From positions 85,994,001-86,058,000 of the forward strand of contig NC_042998.1 in NCBI RefSeq assembly GCF_006345805.1: DNA of 64,000 nt, given 5' to 3'. Positions 63,075-64,000 of the stretch are shown here, one piece after another. How positions within the stretch are numbered: position 1 is the first letter of the stretch; each line of letters starts with the position of its first letter. The stretch is from Octopus sinensis. Its lineage: Eukaryota. Both the position numbers and the translations under genes were made by a program. Below the pieces are notes generated by a model. The model did no database searches. It was not told the DNA's origin and worked only from the letters and a program-made list of their open reading frames with translations.

Positions 63075-63447
63075 GGGTGTTGGTGAATAAAGCGTTATAT
63101 ATCATTGCCAGACAGCTGACTGGCTTCCGTGCTGGTGGCATATGAAAAAACATTCGAGCGAGGTCGTTGCCTGTGCCACTGGACTGGCACCTGTGCAGGT
63201 GGCACATAAAAAACACCATTTGAGCGTGGCCGTTGCCAGTACTGCCTGACTGGCCCTCATGCCGGTGGCACGTAAAAGCACCCACTACACTCCTAGAGTG
63301 ATTGGCGTTAGGAAGGGCATCCAGCTGTAGAAACTCTGCCGGATCAGATTGGAGCCTGGTGCAGCCATCTGGTTCGCCAGTCCTCAGTCAAATCGTCCAA
63401 CCCATGCTAGCATGGAAAGCGGACATTAAATGATGATGATGATGATG
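63075..63447 (+). mobile_element. RTE 3'UTR copy with (GAT)n tail, inverted relative to 58443-58700
   Basis: Reverse complement aligns closely with 58443-58640. Confidence 0.9.
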
Positions 63448-63661
63448 ATATATTCAGTATCTAAGCAGTGTGTAAGTTGCATTTATAGCTATACAGCCAT
63501 GAATTTTACCATCATACTTTCACTAAAGAGTTGTTTAGTTCAGCAGTTTATTGTTTTAAATGAATTATTAGATTCATGGCCTTCTATTTATTTTTTCCCT
63601 TTTTTTGAGATAAGCATTATGTAATACCTACTTTGAGTATCATTATGTATGATACTAGTTA

Positions 63662-63870
63662 AGGCAGTGAGCTGGCAGAATCATTACTAGACCTAACAAA
63701 ATGCTTGGCAGCATTTCTTCCAGCCTCCAGATTCAAATTCAGCTGAAGTTGACTTTGTCTTTCGTCCTTTTATTATTGATGAGATAATTACCAGTTGAGC
63801 ATTGGGGTTGATGTAATCGGTTAGCCACCTTTCCCCTAAAATTTCAGGGCTTGTGTATACAGTAGGAAGA
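63662..63870 (+). mobile_element. SINE family B
   Basis: aaggcagtgagctggcagaatc head. Confidence 0.7.
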
Positions 63871-64000
63871 ATTATGTATGATACTGGTATATGCATTATT
63901 TCTTTGTGGCTTTTATTGAGAATTTTGATTATATTTACAGAGGAGTTTTCATTTGTTTTACCCTTACTAAAGTAATGTTTGACAATTGCAAAAAGTATGG

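Noticed and set aside
63941-63971. Possible next cadherin exon (EFSFVLPLL..) after DREKVP
   Set aside because: Needs an unusual GAG acceptor and a 29-nt exon; the good CAG acceptor gives a stop in the required phase; too close to the window end to test

Overview
AT-rich, repeat-dense eukaryotic DNA. The mix of tRNA-derived SINEs, RTE LINEs with (CAT)n tails, Helitrons and long (TA)n tracts looks like an Octopus/coleoid cephalopod genome; this is inferred from repeat families, not a database hit. One host gene can be built by hand on the + strand: the 5' part of a multi-exon cadherin-domain protein. Its coding exons are 51443-51513, 55067-55120 and 61785-61957, probably preceded by an exon ending at 38047, giving (MKSNKV)MYKMLSIIFIGLLLMLGTVEAATSDLPQKIEVKENQNAGTVVVTVEV...IDREKVP. 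The gene continues past the window. The rest is mostly decayed mobile DNA: RTE, CR1-like, Tx1/L1-like and RLE-type non-LTR elements, mariner/pogo/hAT/piggyBac-like elements and MITEs, Helitrons, a miniature LTR element, and Penelope-like fragments. Main highlights: (1) three minimal type-I hammerhead ribozymes (253-296, 14829-14882, 45955-46024), each with a different self-complementary tetraloop, two of them inside a TA-microsatellite-embedded repeat whose inverted arms are copy-specific; (2) a twin-priming 5'-inverted RTE insertion with TSD; (3) a TRIM-like mini LTR element with Trp-tRNA PBS, PPT, TSD and a hairpin micro-inversion between its LTRs; (4) an internally deleted Helitron keeping both ends of RepHel; (5) a mariner one base short of intact; (6) uORFs and inverted repeats around the cadherin exons. 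All alignments and folds were done by eye, and repeat boundaries are approximate unless termini are quoted.
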